55,445 bases of DNA from a virus (taxonomy: Duplodnaviria; Caudoviricetes): IMG/VR virus record IMGVR_UViG_3300047407_000019, positions 1-55,445 of that record. One strand, given 5' to 3'. The notes below the pieces were generated by a model, which saw only the letters and a program-made list of their open reading frames with translations, ran no database searches and was not told the DNA's origin. How positions within the stretch are numbered: position 1 is the stretch's first letter; each line of letters starts with the position of its first letter. The position numbers were made by a program, and so were the translations under genes. Shown here one piece after another: positions 9,856 to 18,999 of this stretch.

Positions 9856-11928
9856 ATGGCAACGTACTATTGGGTCGGTGGCACTGGGACTTGGACAAGT
9901 TCGTCCACAACAAACTGGGCTTCATCATCTGGTGGCGCTGGTGGTGCTGGTGTTCCTGGCACTGGTGACTCGGTTATTTTTAACAGTGCATCCAACGCAA
10001 CAGCTTATACGGTCACGATTTCCACTGGTGCGGTTTGCTCGTCAATCACTGTTGCTGGCCCTGCATCGGGTAATGTCACTTTCTCAGGATCGGCGGCTTG
10101 GTCTGTTTATGGTAGTTTCACTCTACCAAGTTCAGGCATTACTTGGTCTTATATTGGCTCATTGACGTTTGCATCAACGGCGACAGGAAATACCATTACG
10201 ACCAACGGGATTTCATTGGGAGGCGCCACCATTGTTTTCAATGGAGCTGGTGGTGGCTGGACGTTAGGAAGTGCATTTACATCAACTACTAGCGTAACTT
10301 TTATAAACGGCACATTCAATACAGGTAATTTTTCGTGCACAAATAGTTCTTGGGGAAATTCTGGCTCGGGGACTAACGCAATTTCCCTTGGAAGTTCTAC
10401 TATCACCTGTTCAGGTACTAACGGCTGGAACTTTTCATCGACAACAGGGCTGACATTTAGCTCGGGAACTTCAACGCTTTCTTTTAGCAATAGCGGCACT
10501 TTTGCTTCCGGCGGACTGACTTATAACAATGTCAACTTCACAAATACTGGCGCTGTATCAAATACCATAACGGGCACAAACACTTTTGCGAATTTGACGT
10601 TCTCAACCACTGCCAGCACTGGAGTACGTTCAATTCTTTTTCAGGGTAATCAGACAATCACAGGCACATTCACAGCCAACGGTGGGGCATATAACCAACG
10701 TATTTTCATCCAATCCGGCACATTAGGCACACCATACACCATCACCGCAGCAACAGTATCTGCATCCTATTGTGATTTCCGTGACATTACTGGCGCAGGT
10801 GCTGGCACTTGGTCTGGAACATCTTTTGGTAACTGTGGTGGTAACTCGGGCATCACATTCACCACCGCCAAGACGGTATATTGGAACTTGACTGGCTCAC
10901 AAAACTGGTCGGCTACTGGATGGGCAACAACGTCAGGAGGAACTCCTGCTGCGGCTAATTTCCCATTGACCCAAGATACAGCAATCATTGACCAGAATAG
11001 CGCAATCACAACTCTGACAATTGACGCTGCGTGGAACATCGGTACATTTGATGCTCATTTGCGTACCAGTGCAATGACGCTGGCAACGGGTACGACTACA
11101 CCAACGATCTACGGCAACTGGAGCAACGGCACTGGTACGACGTTGTCGGGTACGGGTATTGTTACTTTTGCAGGGCGTGGATCACAGACGATTACAAGTG
11201 CTGGAGTGACTTTTACTCAGCCTATCACGATCAACAGTCCAAACGGGTCTGTGACTTTACAAGATGCTTTTTCCAGCAGTGCGACTGGAAATGCTTTGCA
11301 ACCAGCATGGGGGACTTTCAACGCAAATGGTTATAACGTCACGCTGACAGGTTCTAATTCTACGGTTTTGACAAGCACATCCAATACGAGAACTGTTGCA
11401 ATTGGCTCTGGCACTTGGACACTTGGAGGCACTGGTGGATGGAATGCCTCTACATCAACGGGACTGACCATTACAGGCACAGGCACGATCAGCCTGACCA
11501 GCGCATCAGCCAAATCATTTCAAGGTGGAAGTGTTTCTTACTCTGGTATCACACTCAACCAAGGTGGCGCAGGTGCTTTGACCATTACTGGCTCAAATAC
11601 TTTTGGCAACATCACTGCAAGCTACATCTCTACTGGTGCAACGACAATCACGTTTACTGCTGGAACAACGCAGACAGTAGCAAACTGGACTGCAACGGGC
11701 AATGCAACCAACACGCTGACCATCAATTCAAGTACATCAGGAACAGCGGCAAACTTGTCTTACACAGGAAGTCCAGTAATTTCTGTTGACTATTTGAGCA
11801 TCAAGGACAGTCACGCCACACCATCAACATTGAAATGGTACGCAGGGACACACTCCACAAATGTCAGCGGTAACACAGGGTGGATATTCCCTAGTCCAAG
11901 CAACTTCTTTAACTTCTTCCCAATGTGA
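9856..11928 (+). CDS. Beta-helix-like tail spike/receptor-binding protein
   Basis: YYWVGGTGTW...NWASSSGG N-terminus; repeated T/G/N/F beta-solenoid pattern; SGNTGWIF end. Confidence 0.75.
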   Translation: MATYYWVGGTGTWTSSSTTNWASSSGGAGGAGVPGTGDSVIFNSASNATAYTVTISTGAVCSSITVAGPASGNVTFSGSAAWSVYGSFTLPSSGITWSYIGSLTFASTATGNTITTNGISLGGATIVFNGAGGGWTLGSAFTSTTSVTFINGTFNTGNFSCTNSSWGNSGSGTNAISLGSSTITCSGTNGWNFSSTTGLTFSSGTSTLSFSNSGTFASGGLTYNNVNFTNTGAVSNTITGTNTFANLTFSTTASTGVRSILFQGNQTITGTFTANGGAYNQRIFIQSGTLGTPYTITAATVSASYCDFRDITGAGAGTWSGTSFGNCGGNSGITFTTAKTVYWNLTGSQNWSATGWATTSGGTPAAANFPLTQDTAIIDQNSAITTLTIDAAWNIGTFDAHLRTSAMTLATGTTTPTIYGNWSNGTGTTLSGTGIVTFAGRGSQTITSAGVTFTQPITINSPNGSVTLQDAFSSSATGNALQPAWGTFNANGYNVTLTGSNSTVLTSTSNTRTVAIGSGTWTLGGTGGWNASTSTGLTITGTGTISLTSASAKSFQGGSVSYSGITLNQGGAGALTITGSNTFGNITASYISTGATTITFTAGTTQTVANWTATGNATNTLTINSSTSGTAANLSYTGSPVISVDYLSIKDSHATPSTLKWYAGTHSTNVSGNTGWIFPSPSNFFNFFPM

Positions 11929-11935
11929 GATAAAC

Positions 11936-12079
11936 ATGAACATTCAAATTTCAATTGAACTTGCCAACCAAATCATTGCGTATTTGGCAACAAGACCTTA
12001 TCAAGAAGTGTTTCAACTGATTGATGGAATCAAAGAATCAGCCAAACCAAAAGAGGCTGAACAAAAAGAAGAGCAGTAA
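11936..12079 (+). CDS. Small phage protein
   Basis: MNIQISIELANQIIAYLATRPYQEVFQLI; conserved-looking RPY.EV motif. Confidence 0.7.
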   Translation: MNIQISIELANQIIAYLATRPYQEVFQLIDGIKESAKPKEAEQKEEQ

Positions 12080-12088
12080 GAGGCAAAG

Positions 12089-12301
12089 ATGACTCCAGAG
12101 GAAACCATTGCAGACACGGACAAAAGGTTGACTGTGCATGAAGCAATTTGCGCCCAAAGATATGAGTCCATCCAAAAGCGGTTTGATGACGGATCGAAGA
12201 GGATGACCAAGATCGAATATCTTTTGTACATCGTGATTGCAACGGTTCTTCTGGGGCCGGGTGTTGCCGCTGAGTTTGCCAAGAAATTTTTCCACATGTA
12301 A
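12089..12301 (+). CDS. XhlA/hemolysin-like membrane protein (holin candidate)
   Basis: HEAICAQRY motif plus a C-terminal TM helix; first gene of the lysis cassette. Confidence 0.65.
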   Translation: MTPEETIADTDKRLTVHEAICAQRYESIQKRFDDGSKRMTKIEYLLYIVIATVLLGPGVAAEFAKKFFHM

Positions 12302-12303
12302 TC

Positions 12304-12795
12304 ATGATCGACCCCGTCTCGGCGCTCGCAGCAGTACAGTCTGCGGTCAAACTCATCAAGCAGGCATCCAAAACTGTTGATGATGTTGCGTCTCTGGGGC
12401 CGATGATCGGGAAGTATTTTGACGCCAAGGCTACAGCTACAAAGGCAGCCAGAGAAGCCAAGAAAGCTGGCGGCTCCAACATGGGCAAAGCCATTGAGAT
12501 CGAACTCGCACTGAAGTCTCAAGCCGACTTTGAAAGGGAACTACAGAACCTTTTCTTTGCATCCAACAATATGGACGTCTGGCAGAACATCATGAAGCGG
12601 GTGGCTGAAATGAACGCCGCAGACGCTGATGATGCCAAACGAGATGCCATAGAAGCCGCAAAGCGAAAGAGAGAAGAAGAGTTCCAAAACGAAGTCCTGA
12701 TGGCCGCACTTGTGGTCATTTTTGTTTTAAGTGTGGTTGGGTACTCCATCTATGCAGCGATGGACTTCTGTTCTGGCGCAAGGTGTGGACGATGA
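12304..12795 (+). CDS. Membrane-anchored coiled-coil protein
   Basis: MIDPVSALAA start; C-terminal TM segment. Confidence 0.7.
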   Translation: MIDPVSALAAVQSAVKLIKQASKTVDDVASLGPMIGKYFDAKATATKAAREAKKAGGSNMGKAIEIELALKSQADFERELQNLFFASNNMDVWQNIMKRVAEMNAADADDAKRDAIEAAKRKREEEFQNEVLMAALVVIFVLSVVGYSIYAAMDFCSGARCGR

Positions 12796-12953
12796 AGAAG
12801 TTCCTCTGCAAAGAAATACTCGACGGCTTTGACCGTTGGTTCAAGTACTGCTGTTACGCCACGGGCTTGTGGTTTGTCTTGGACCTTCTCCCGAGACTGC
12901 CCGATGAGTTGGCCAAACCCATTGCCGACAAATTGGTTGGGGTGATCAAATGA
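12792..12953 (+). CDS. Small protein, 53 aa (absent from ORF track)
   Basis: MKKFLCKEILDGFDRWFKYCCYATGLWFVLDLLPRLPDELAKPIADKLVGVIK; ATGA overlaps on both sides. Confidence 0.65.
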   Translation: MKKFLCKEILDGFDRWFKYCCYATGLWFVLDLLPRLPDELAKPIADKLVGVIK

Positions 12954-13177
12954 GAGACTTCATTGTCTGGACTTTGCTCGGGGCTGTGGTTGGAGCGGCC
13001 GTTATATTCCTGACTGGATGTGAAGACAGGTACAGATACGCATGTCAAGACCCTGACAAGTTCTACACCGCCGAGTGTCAAAAGCCAAGATGTCTGTTCA
13101 CGCAGACTTGCCCCGAATACTTGGTCGCCCCGATTTTGGAGAAACAAGTTGGACAAGAAGCTCCTCACAGCAGATGA
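12950..13177 (+). CDS. Cys-rich lipoprotein
   Basis: Hydrophobic signal with lipobox FLTG-C; further Cys residues in the mature part. Confidence 0.7.
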   Translation: MRDFIVWTLLGAVVGAAVIFLTGCEDRYRYACQDPDKFYTAECQKPRCLFTQTCPEYLVAPILEKQVGQEAPHSR

Positions 13178-13673
13178 GATAGAAATACGAATCTGGGGTT
13201 TCGTGGTCGTTGTGGTCACGATGATTCTGGTATTCATCGTGGGGAGCATGCTGTATTCCATCATCTTTGTGGTGCAACCCATCAAGTCGATGGCGCCGAT
13301 TGATCAGGCGTTCACGAAGATGCTCAATGACATTGTCTTGCTCATTGTCGGGGGTATCGGTGGGATCATGTCCAAGAGGGCTGTAAAGGCTGCGGCAACG
13401 GCCCTGGCGCCTACGCCCACATATCCACCATGTGGCGCTCAATTTCCACCCCAACAAGGACAATACCCTTACGCTCAAGGAGCAGCACCTTTTTCTCAGT
13501 CATTTCCGGGTCAACCCACTGCTCAACCTTTTGGCGCAATGCCGACCTTTGTAAATCCTGCGCTTGATGAGTCTTGGACGCCGGGTCCGCCACCGACGAC
13601 ACCGCCCGATTATCTGCACCCCGAGCGGGAGGAGATAGCTGCTGAGCGTATGGCTGCAAGGAGCGAATCATGA
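13149..13673 (+). CDS. Two-TM membrane protein (holin-like) with Pro-rich tail
   Basis: TTG start after GGAGA; two hydrophobic helices; located in the lysis cassette. Confidence 0.65.
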   Translation: MDKKLLTADEIEIRIWGFVVVVVTMILVFIVGSMLYSIIFVVQPIKSMAPIDQAFTKMLNDIVLLIVGGIGGIMSKRAVKAAATALAPTPTYPPCGAQFPPQQGQYPYAQGAAPFSQSFPGQPTAQPFGAMPTFVNPALDESWTPGPPPTTPPDYLHPEREEIAAERMAARSES

Positions 13674-14155
13674 ATCCCTACGTGATCATCGGTGCCATCA
13701 TCATTGTAATTGGCTCGTATTTTTATGGGCATCATGCGGGTTGGTCAGACCGTGATGTAGAGATGCAGGCCGAGATTGCAAAGAAAAATGAAGAATCTCG
13801 ACAGACTGAGCAAAAGCTGACGGAACAGGTCAACCAGACCGCAACCAAGTTACAGGAGGCCAATGATGTTGTCACTCAAAAACAAACTGCTTTGGATCGT
13901 GCCATTCGCAATGGTCGGGTGCGGATCGCCACAGGTTGCGTACAAACCACCCCAAATCCCACCCCTCCCTCCGGAAATCGGGCAGAAACGGGAAGCCAAC
14001 CTAACGGACCGACTGACGCAGCTTCTGATGCCGAGCGAGCAACCCTCGAAGCCATCGCAGAAATAGTGGCTCAAGGGGATAAAAACACCCAACAGCTCAA
14101 TGCATGCATTGACGCCTATAACAACCTCAGGGAGCAGATGAATGTTGCGCGCTGA
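13670..14155 (+). CDS. Rz-like inner-membrane spanin
   Basis: N-terminal TM, periplasmic coiled coil, terminal LNACIDAY. Confidence 0.8.
   Translation: MNPYVIIGAIIIVIGSYFYGHHAGWSDRDVEMQAEIAKKNEESRQTEQKLTEQVNQTATKLQEANDVVTQKQTALDRAIRNGRVRIATGCVQTTPNPTPPSGNRAETGSQPNGPTDAASDAERATLEAIAEIVAQGDKNTQQLNACIDAYNNLREQMNVAR
13863..14066 (+). CDS. Rz1-like outer-membrane spanin lipoprotein, embedded in Rz (+1 frame)
   Basis: AGGAGG RBS just upstream; lipobox MVG-C; Pro-rich PPQIPPLPP. Confidence 0.8.
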   Translation: MMLSLKNKLLWIVPFAMVGCGSPQVAYKPPQIPPLPPEIGQKREANLTDRLTQLLMPSEQPSKPSQK

Positions 14156-14741
14156 TCAACTCCAACGGATGGGGATTGGCCCTCAGTGGGTGGATGCCCT
14201 CAATGAAACCTTCCAGCGGTTCGGGATCAACACGCCCATTGAGCAGGCGGCTTTCATAGGTCAGTGTGGACATGAGTGCAACAACTTTCGGACGCTGGAA
14301 GAGAATCTGAACTATCGGGCGGCCACCCTGATGAAGCTCTGGCCCAAGCGGTTTCCCACCATTGAGGTTGCAAATGAGTACGCCGGACAGCCACGAAAGA
14401 TCGCCAACAAGGTTTACGCCTCTCGCATGGGCAATCGTGATGAGTCTAGCGGGGATGGGTATCGTTTCCGGGGACGGGGATGTCTCCAAATTACGGGTTC
14501 TGATAACTACCATCATGCCGGACAGGCTCTGGGGGTGGATTTCTGGGCTGACCCAGACCTTGTTTCAACGCCTAAATACGCCGCTTTGACGGCAGGGTGG
14601 TTCTGGTCCACGCATAAATGCAATGAGATTGCCCAGTCTCAAGACTGGACCCGCCTGACCAAGATCATCAATGGGGGTACATTTGGTCTGGAAGAGCGCA
14701 TAGCTTTGACCAATACCGACATTGCGATTCTTTCGGCATAG
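14142..14741 (+). CDS. Endolysin, glycoside hydrolase family 19
   Basis: AAFIGQCGHEC...LEENLNY, YRFRGRGCLQITG..NY, TKIINGG..GLEER. Confidence 0.92.
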   Translation: MLRADQLQRMGIGPQWVDALNETFQRFGINTPIEQAAFIGQCGHECNNFRTLEENLNYRAATLMKLWPKRFPTIEVANEYAGQPRKIANKVYASRMGNRDESSGDGYRFRGRGCLQITGSDNYHHAGQALGVDFWADPDLVSTPKYAALTAGWFWSTHKCNEIAQSQDWTRLTKIINGGTFGLEERIALTNTDIAILSA

Positions 14742-14771
14742 TGGGAAAATCAAGGAAAAGAGAGGACTTGC

Positions 14772-15404
14772 ATGACCACACCATCTTTTGTACTAACTTA
14801 CGACAGTTTGACAAGTACTGTTCTTCAATATTTGGAAAGACAAGATCAAGCAGTAGTCAATGCTATTCCAACTTTTATCACGTTGGCTGAATTTGAAATT
14901 GCAGAACAAGTCAAGACTCTAGGTCAGTTGCAAATTGCTGAGTCTGTGATGACCATAGGAAATCCTGTTTTGGCAAAACCTTCACGGTGGCGAAAGACTG
15001 TTTCCATGAATGTTTTGATCAATGGAAATAAACAACCTGTTTTGTTGCGCAAGTATGAATATCTGACAAATTACAATTCATCAGGGAGTACTGGACAACC
15101 TCTGTACTATGCTGACACTGATTGGGATCATTGGTATTTGGCGCCGACACCTGATCAGGCATACTCATTTGAAGTTCTGTACTATGAGCGAATTGCTCCT
15201 CTTAGTTCAACCAATCAGACAAATTGGCTTACGCAGAATGCGCCCAATGCAATGTTGTTTGGGACACTTTTGCAGGCGATGCCATTCTTGAAGAATGATG
15301 CACGTCAAATCTTCCAACAGAAGTACACTGAATCCATGCAGGCTTTGAAAGCAGAGGATGTGGCTCGTGTTGGTGACCGTCAAGCTGTTGCTGTGGACTC
15401 TTAA
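14772..15404 (+). CDS. Tail adaptor/tail tubular protein A-like
   Basis: FITLAE, G.PLYYA, LAPTPD..Y..EVLYY, NWLT.NAP..LFGTL. Confidence 0.7.
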   Translation: MTTPSFVLTYDSLTSTVLQYLERQDQAVVNAIPTFITLAEFEIAEQVKTLGQLQIAESVMTIGNPVLAKPSRWRKTVSMNVLINGNKQPVLLRKYEYLTNYNSSGSTGQPLYYADTDWDHWYLAPTPDQAYSFEVLYYERIAPLSSTNQTNWLTQNAPNAMLFGTLLQAMPFLKNDARQIFQQKYTESMQALKAEDVARVGDRQAVAVDS

Positions 15405-15406
15405 TC

Positions 15407-16621
15407 ATGACTTCATATACAAATCCTTATAGCGGTCAAACTATTCAACCTTCACAGGTTGGATATGAATCATTGACCATCAGTGCCAATGAATATCTTC
15501 AATGGCCAGTAAATGGGAATACCTCAGATGTAGTTGCTAACATCATTGAGATTACGGCAACTGCTACCAATCTGTTGGTCTACATGCCACCTGCGACTCA
15601 GGTGTCTGTTGGCCAAACAACTTTAATAAAAAACGTCGGTTCGAACCCTTTTACTGTTGTAGATAATGGTGGAAACACAATCATCACCATTTCATCTGGA
15701 GTTGCTCAGTATATTTATCTGACCAACAATCTGACTGTAAATGGCACTTGGAATACAGTTACTTTTGGAGCAGGCACTTCATCTGCAAGTGCATCTGCTT
15801 TAGCTGGATATGGTCTGAAAGCTGTTACCACCAAACTGAATCAGGCATATACCGTCAGCACAATTTATTCAAATTATGTGCTTCAAAACTCAGATCAAGC
15901 ATCTGTTGTTACATGGGAGGGTGGTGCTGGAACAATCACTTTGCCAAGTGCTAACACATTAGGTGCATCATGGTTTGTGACAATCAAAAATGATGGTTCA
16001 GGCATACTTACATTGTCCCCAAGTGGAACTGACACGATTGATGGAGCATCAAATTTTCAACTTCAACTTGCTGAATCATTGACACTTGTATCTACTGGAT
16101 CAGGTTGGGTGTCATATGGATATGGTCAGTCTACTCAGTTTTACTTCACAATTTTGTCTAAGGTCATTACTGGTGGAACGGTGACTTTGACATCAGTTGA
16201 AGCATCGAACTTGATACAAGAATATACAGGTGTGTTGACATCAAACTGTTTGGTGATTGTTCCACCGACCGTGCAGTTTTATTCAGTAAACAATCAAACT
16301 ACTGGCTCATTTACTCTGACATTCAGCACTGGTGCTGTAGGTGGTACAAATCTTACTTTGCCACAAGGCCAGACTATTATTGCAATTTGTGATGGCACAA
16401 ATGTGTACAACGCACAAACTGCCGCCTCAACTGCTGCAACCATTTCACTTGCAAATGGTAGTGGATCAAATCCATCTTTGCATTTTTCTTCTGACCCGCA
16501 AACAGGTTTGTACTTGGCGGCATCAAGTCAGTTGGGGCTATCTTTGGGTGGATCAACAGCGGTGACTTTCACTCCATCTGGAATTCTGGCTCCAATCGGC
16601 ATTGTTGCGGGGACTTTCTAA
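15407..16621 (+). CDS. Tail structural protein
   Basis: 404 aa, beta-rich with TITLP repeats; lies within the tail module. Confidence 0.65.
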   Translation: MTSYTNPYSGQTIQPSQVGYESLTISANEYLQWPVNGNTSDVVANIIEITATATNLLVYMPPATQVSVGQTTLIKNVGSNPFTVVDNGGNTIITISSGVAQYIYLTNNLTVNGTWNTVTFGAGTSSASASALAGYGLKAVTTKLNQAYTVSTIYSNYVLQNSDQASVVTWEGGAGTITLPSANTLGASWFVTIKNDGSGILTLSPSGTDTIDGASNFQLQLAESLTLVSTGSGWVSYGYGQSTQFYFTILSKVITGGTVTLTSVEASNLIQEYTGVLTSNCLVIVPPTVQFYSVNNQTTGSFTLTFSTGAVGGTNLTLPQGQTIIAICDGTNVYNAQTAASTAATISLANGSGSNPSLHFSSDPQTGLYLAASSQLGLSLGGSTAVTFTPSGILAPIGIVAGTF

Positions 16622-18387
16622 TGACATCCAAAGTCATTGCACTTCAAATCAAAGCTGGTATTCAGCGTGATGGAACACAGTTTGCATCACCCACTTACAT
16701 CGATGGTAAGTGGTGTCGCTTCCACAATGGTTTACCCAAAAAAATGGGTGGATACAAAGGAATTTTTCCATCAGCATCAGGAATCAGCCGTGGAATGACT
16801 TTGAGTTCCCAAAATGGTTTGACTTATGTTTTTTCGGGTCAATCTGACAATTTATATCAATACATCACCGACAATGATGATGGTATTGGCTCTGGACCTT
16901 ATCCATGCACAGTGACTGGATTATCGGCAAATGCCAATAATCTTTGGCAATTTGACATTGGCTATGATTCAACTGGTAATGGTCAAAACAACATCATTGC
17001 ACATGCAGGACAAAATCTGCAATACATTGACAGCACCACAAATACCAGGCCTTTTTATGGGCCTTTCACGGGCACTACATTGGCTCCTGTGGGTGTTTTT
17101 ACTGCAACAGGAACTCTGACATCTGGTAGCCCAACTGTAACCTTCGCAACGACGATTGTAGCTATTGGTCCGGGTGTATCAGTGACTGGTACAGGTATCC
17201 CAGCAAACACTACTGTCGTATCAGCAAATACTGTTGGTGGGGTTTGGACTGTCACATTGAACAACAATGCCACGGCAAGTGGTGCTAAGACTCTGACTTT
17301 TGACAACAACATTCAAGTGTCTGGTGGAGTTGTGATGCTGTATCCATACCTGTTTGTGTATGGAAACAATGGGCTGATCCAGAATTGTTCAGCAGGTGAC
17401 TTTAACAATTGGACATCTGCTGATTCAAATGCCAACAATGTAGCCTCTACAAAAGTGGTCAAGGGACTTCCTTTGCGTGGTGGTACGACCTCTCCCGCGG
17501 GTTTGTTTTGGACGCTAGATTCAGTTGTCAGGGTGACTTATGCACCCCAGTCTGTTGGAACCTCGACTCTGTATTGGCGGTATGACCTGATTACCCAACA
17601 ATCTTCAATCATGTCTAGTTCATGCGTTATTGAATATGACGGTTTGTATTTTTGGATGGGCGTTGACAGATTTTTGATGTATGACGGTGTTGTTCGTGAA
17701 ATAGAAAACACTCAGAATTTAAATTGGGTATTTGACAACATCAACTTTTCACAACGACAAAAAGTATGGTGTACCAAAGTGCCCAGGTGGGGTGAAATTT
17801 GGTGGTTTTATCCTCGAGGTAATGCAACAGAATGTACTGATGCAGTGATTTACAACGTGCGTACCAAATCTTGGTATGACGTGGGTTCTGCTGATGGAGC
17901 GCGTCGTTCTGCCGGGACATTTTCTGAGGTATTCCATTACCCAATTTGGGCTGGATATGATCAGAATTCATTGGGTTTGTACACTCTTTGGCAACATGAA
18001 ACAGGTGTGAACTCAGTGTTTACAAATCATGTTGATGCAGTTGATTCATACATTGAGACAAACACATTAGGTCAACAAGCTGGTTTGGTCGGATCGACAC
18101 AACAGCCTGGAGATAACGTCTGGACAAGATGCGAAAGGATTGAGCCTGACTTTGTTCAGTCTGAGCAAATGTATGTAGTGGTCAAGGGTAAGGGTTATGC
18201 TGATGACATTGATCAATCATCTGATCCATACTATTTTGACCCGACTACATTGAAAATTGATATGAGAGAACAACGCCGAGAAATGAGATTGAGGTTTGGT
18301 TCAAACATTGTCAATGGCAACTATTACATGGGTAAAGTGTTGTTGAGTTTAGACACGGGCGATGTCCGTGGAACGGGCAACCCATGA
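16621..18387 (+). CDS. Tail tubular protein B/nozzle (P22 gp10-like)
   Basis: GIQRDGT, CRFHNGLPKKMGGY, FWMG.D.F.MYDG, EIWWFYP, D.VIYN motifs. Confidence 0.75.
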   Translation: MTSKVIALQIKAGIQRDGTQFASPTYIDGKWCRFHNGLPKKMGGYKGIFPSASGISRGMTLSSQNGLTYVFSGQSDNLYQYITDNDDGIGSGPYPCTVTGLSANANNLWQFDIGYDSTGNGQNNIIAHAGQNLQYIDSTTNTRPFYGPFTGTTLAPVGVFTATGTLTSGSPTVTFATTIVAIGPGVSVTGTGIPANTTVVSANTVGGVWTVTLNNNATASGAKTLTFDNNIQVSGGVVMLYPYLFVYGNNGLIQNCSAGDFNNWTSADSNANNVASTKVVKGLPLRGGTTSPAGLFWTLDSVVRVTYAPQSVGTSTLYWRYDLITQQSSIMSSSCVIEYDGLYFWMGVDRFLMYDGVVREIENTQNLNWVFDNINFSQRQKVWCTKVPRWGEIWWFYPRGNATECTDAVIYNVRTKSWYDVGSADGARRSAGTFSEVFHYPIWAGYDQNSLGLYTLWQHETGVNSVFTNHVDAVDSYIETNTLGQQAGLVGSTQQPGDNVWTRCERIEPDFVQSEQMYVVVKGKGYADDIDQSSDPYYFDPTTLKIDMREQRREMRLRFGSNIVNGNYYMGKVLLSLDTGDVRGTGNP

Positions 18388-18620
18388 TCACATATGACCC
18401 TAGGTATATGACATGGGATCAGTATTGTGCTCTCATGGCAGAGCTTTTTGCACCTAATCAACTTGGCACTGTGTCGGAAGAAAATTGGAAGGAGTGGGCT
18501 CGTGGGCTTAATGGCATTGGTTATTTTGTTCAGTCTGGCGTTCCCGATCCTGGCAGTTATTCTGACTGGCGTGACTGGGCGATGAACATGGTTGGCATCA
18601 TGTCTGTGATTCCACAGTGA
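18384..18620 (+). CDS. Trp-rich small tail protein
   Basis: W..WA repeats (NWKEWA, DWRDWA). Confidence 0.7.
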   Translation: MITYDPRYMTWDQYCALMAELFAPNQLGTVSEENWKEWARGLNGIGYFVQSGVPDPGSYSDWRDWAMNMVGIMSVIPQ

Positions 18621-18627
18621 GATTAAG

Positions 18628-18999
18628 ATGACACCAAGTCAAATCATTTCCAAAAGTTTTGATGATCAAGGTTTTGATTCAAATCAGGCCTTGCAAACCA
18701 TCCATGAGCATTTGAAACGTAAAAACGCTTCTATTTTGCACTTCGGAGATTCTGTTTTGGTGGTTATCAAGATTGCCCCGCATGATGTTGAGGTTCATCT
18801 GTACACGCAGGACAAACCATTGGCAATGGTCAAAGCGGTCAAACATTTTATGAAACAGATCAAGGCGTCACACATTCAGCGCGTGTATGGAAAGGCAGAT
18901 ACTCGTCAAATTGTTGACTTGATGCGACATGTCGGTGTGAAGATCAGGCAATCAGACAAGCCTCAGTACAACTGGATGGCTTTGGTGGGAGAACACTGA
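18628..18999 (+). CDS. Hypothetical protein (acetyltransferase-like slot between nozzle and ejection genes)
   Basis: 123-aa coupled ORF; function inferred from position only. Confidence 0.55.
   Translation: MTPSQIISKSFDDQGFDSNQALQTIHEHLKRKNASILHFGDSVLVVIKIAPHDVEVHLYTQDKPLAMVKAVKHFMKQIKASHIQRVYGKADTRQIVDLMRHVGVKIRQSDKPQYNWMALVGEH

Noticed and set aside
5205-11928. Diversity-generating retroelement acting on tail fibres
   Set aside because: No reverse transcriptase found, and repeat differences are not adenine-specific.
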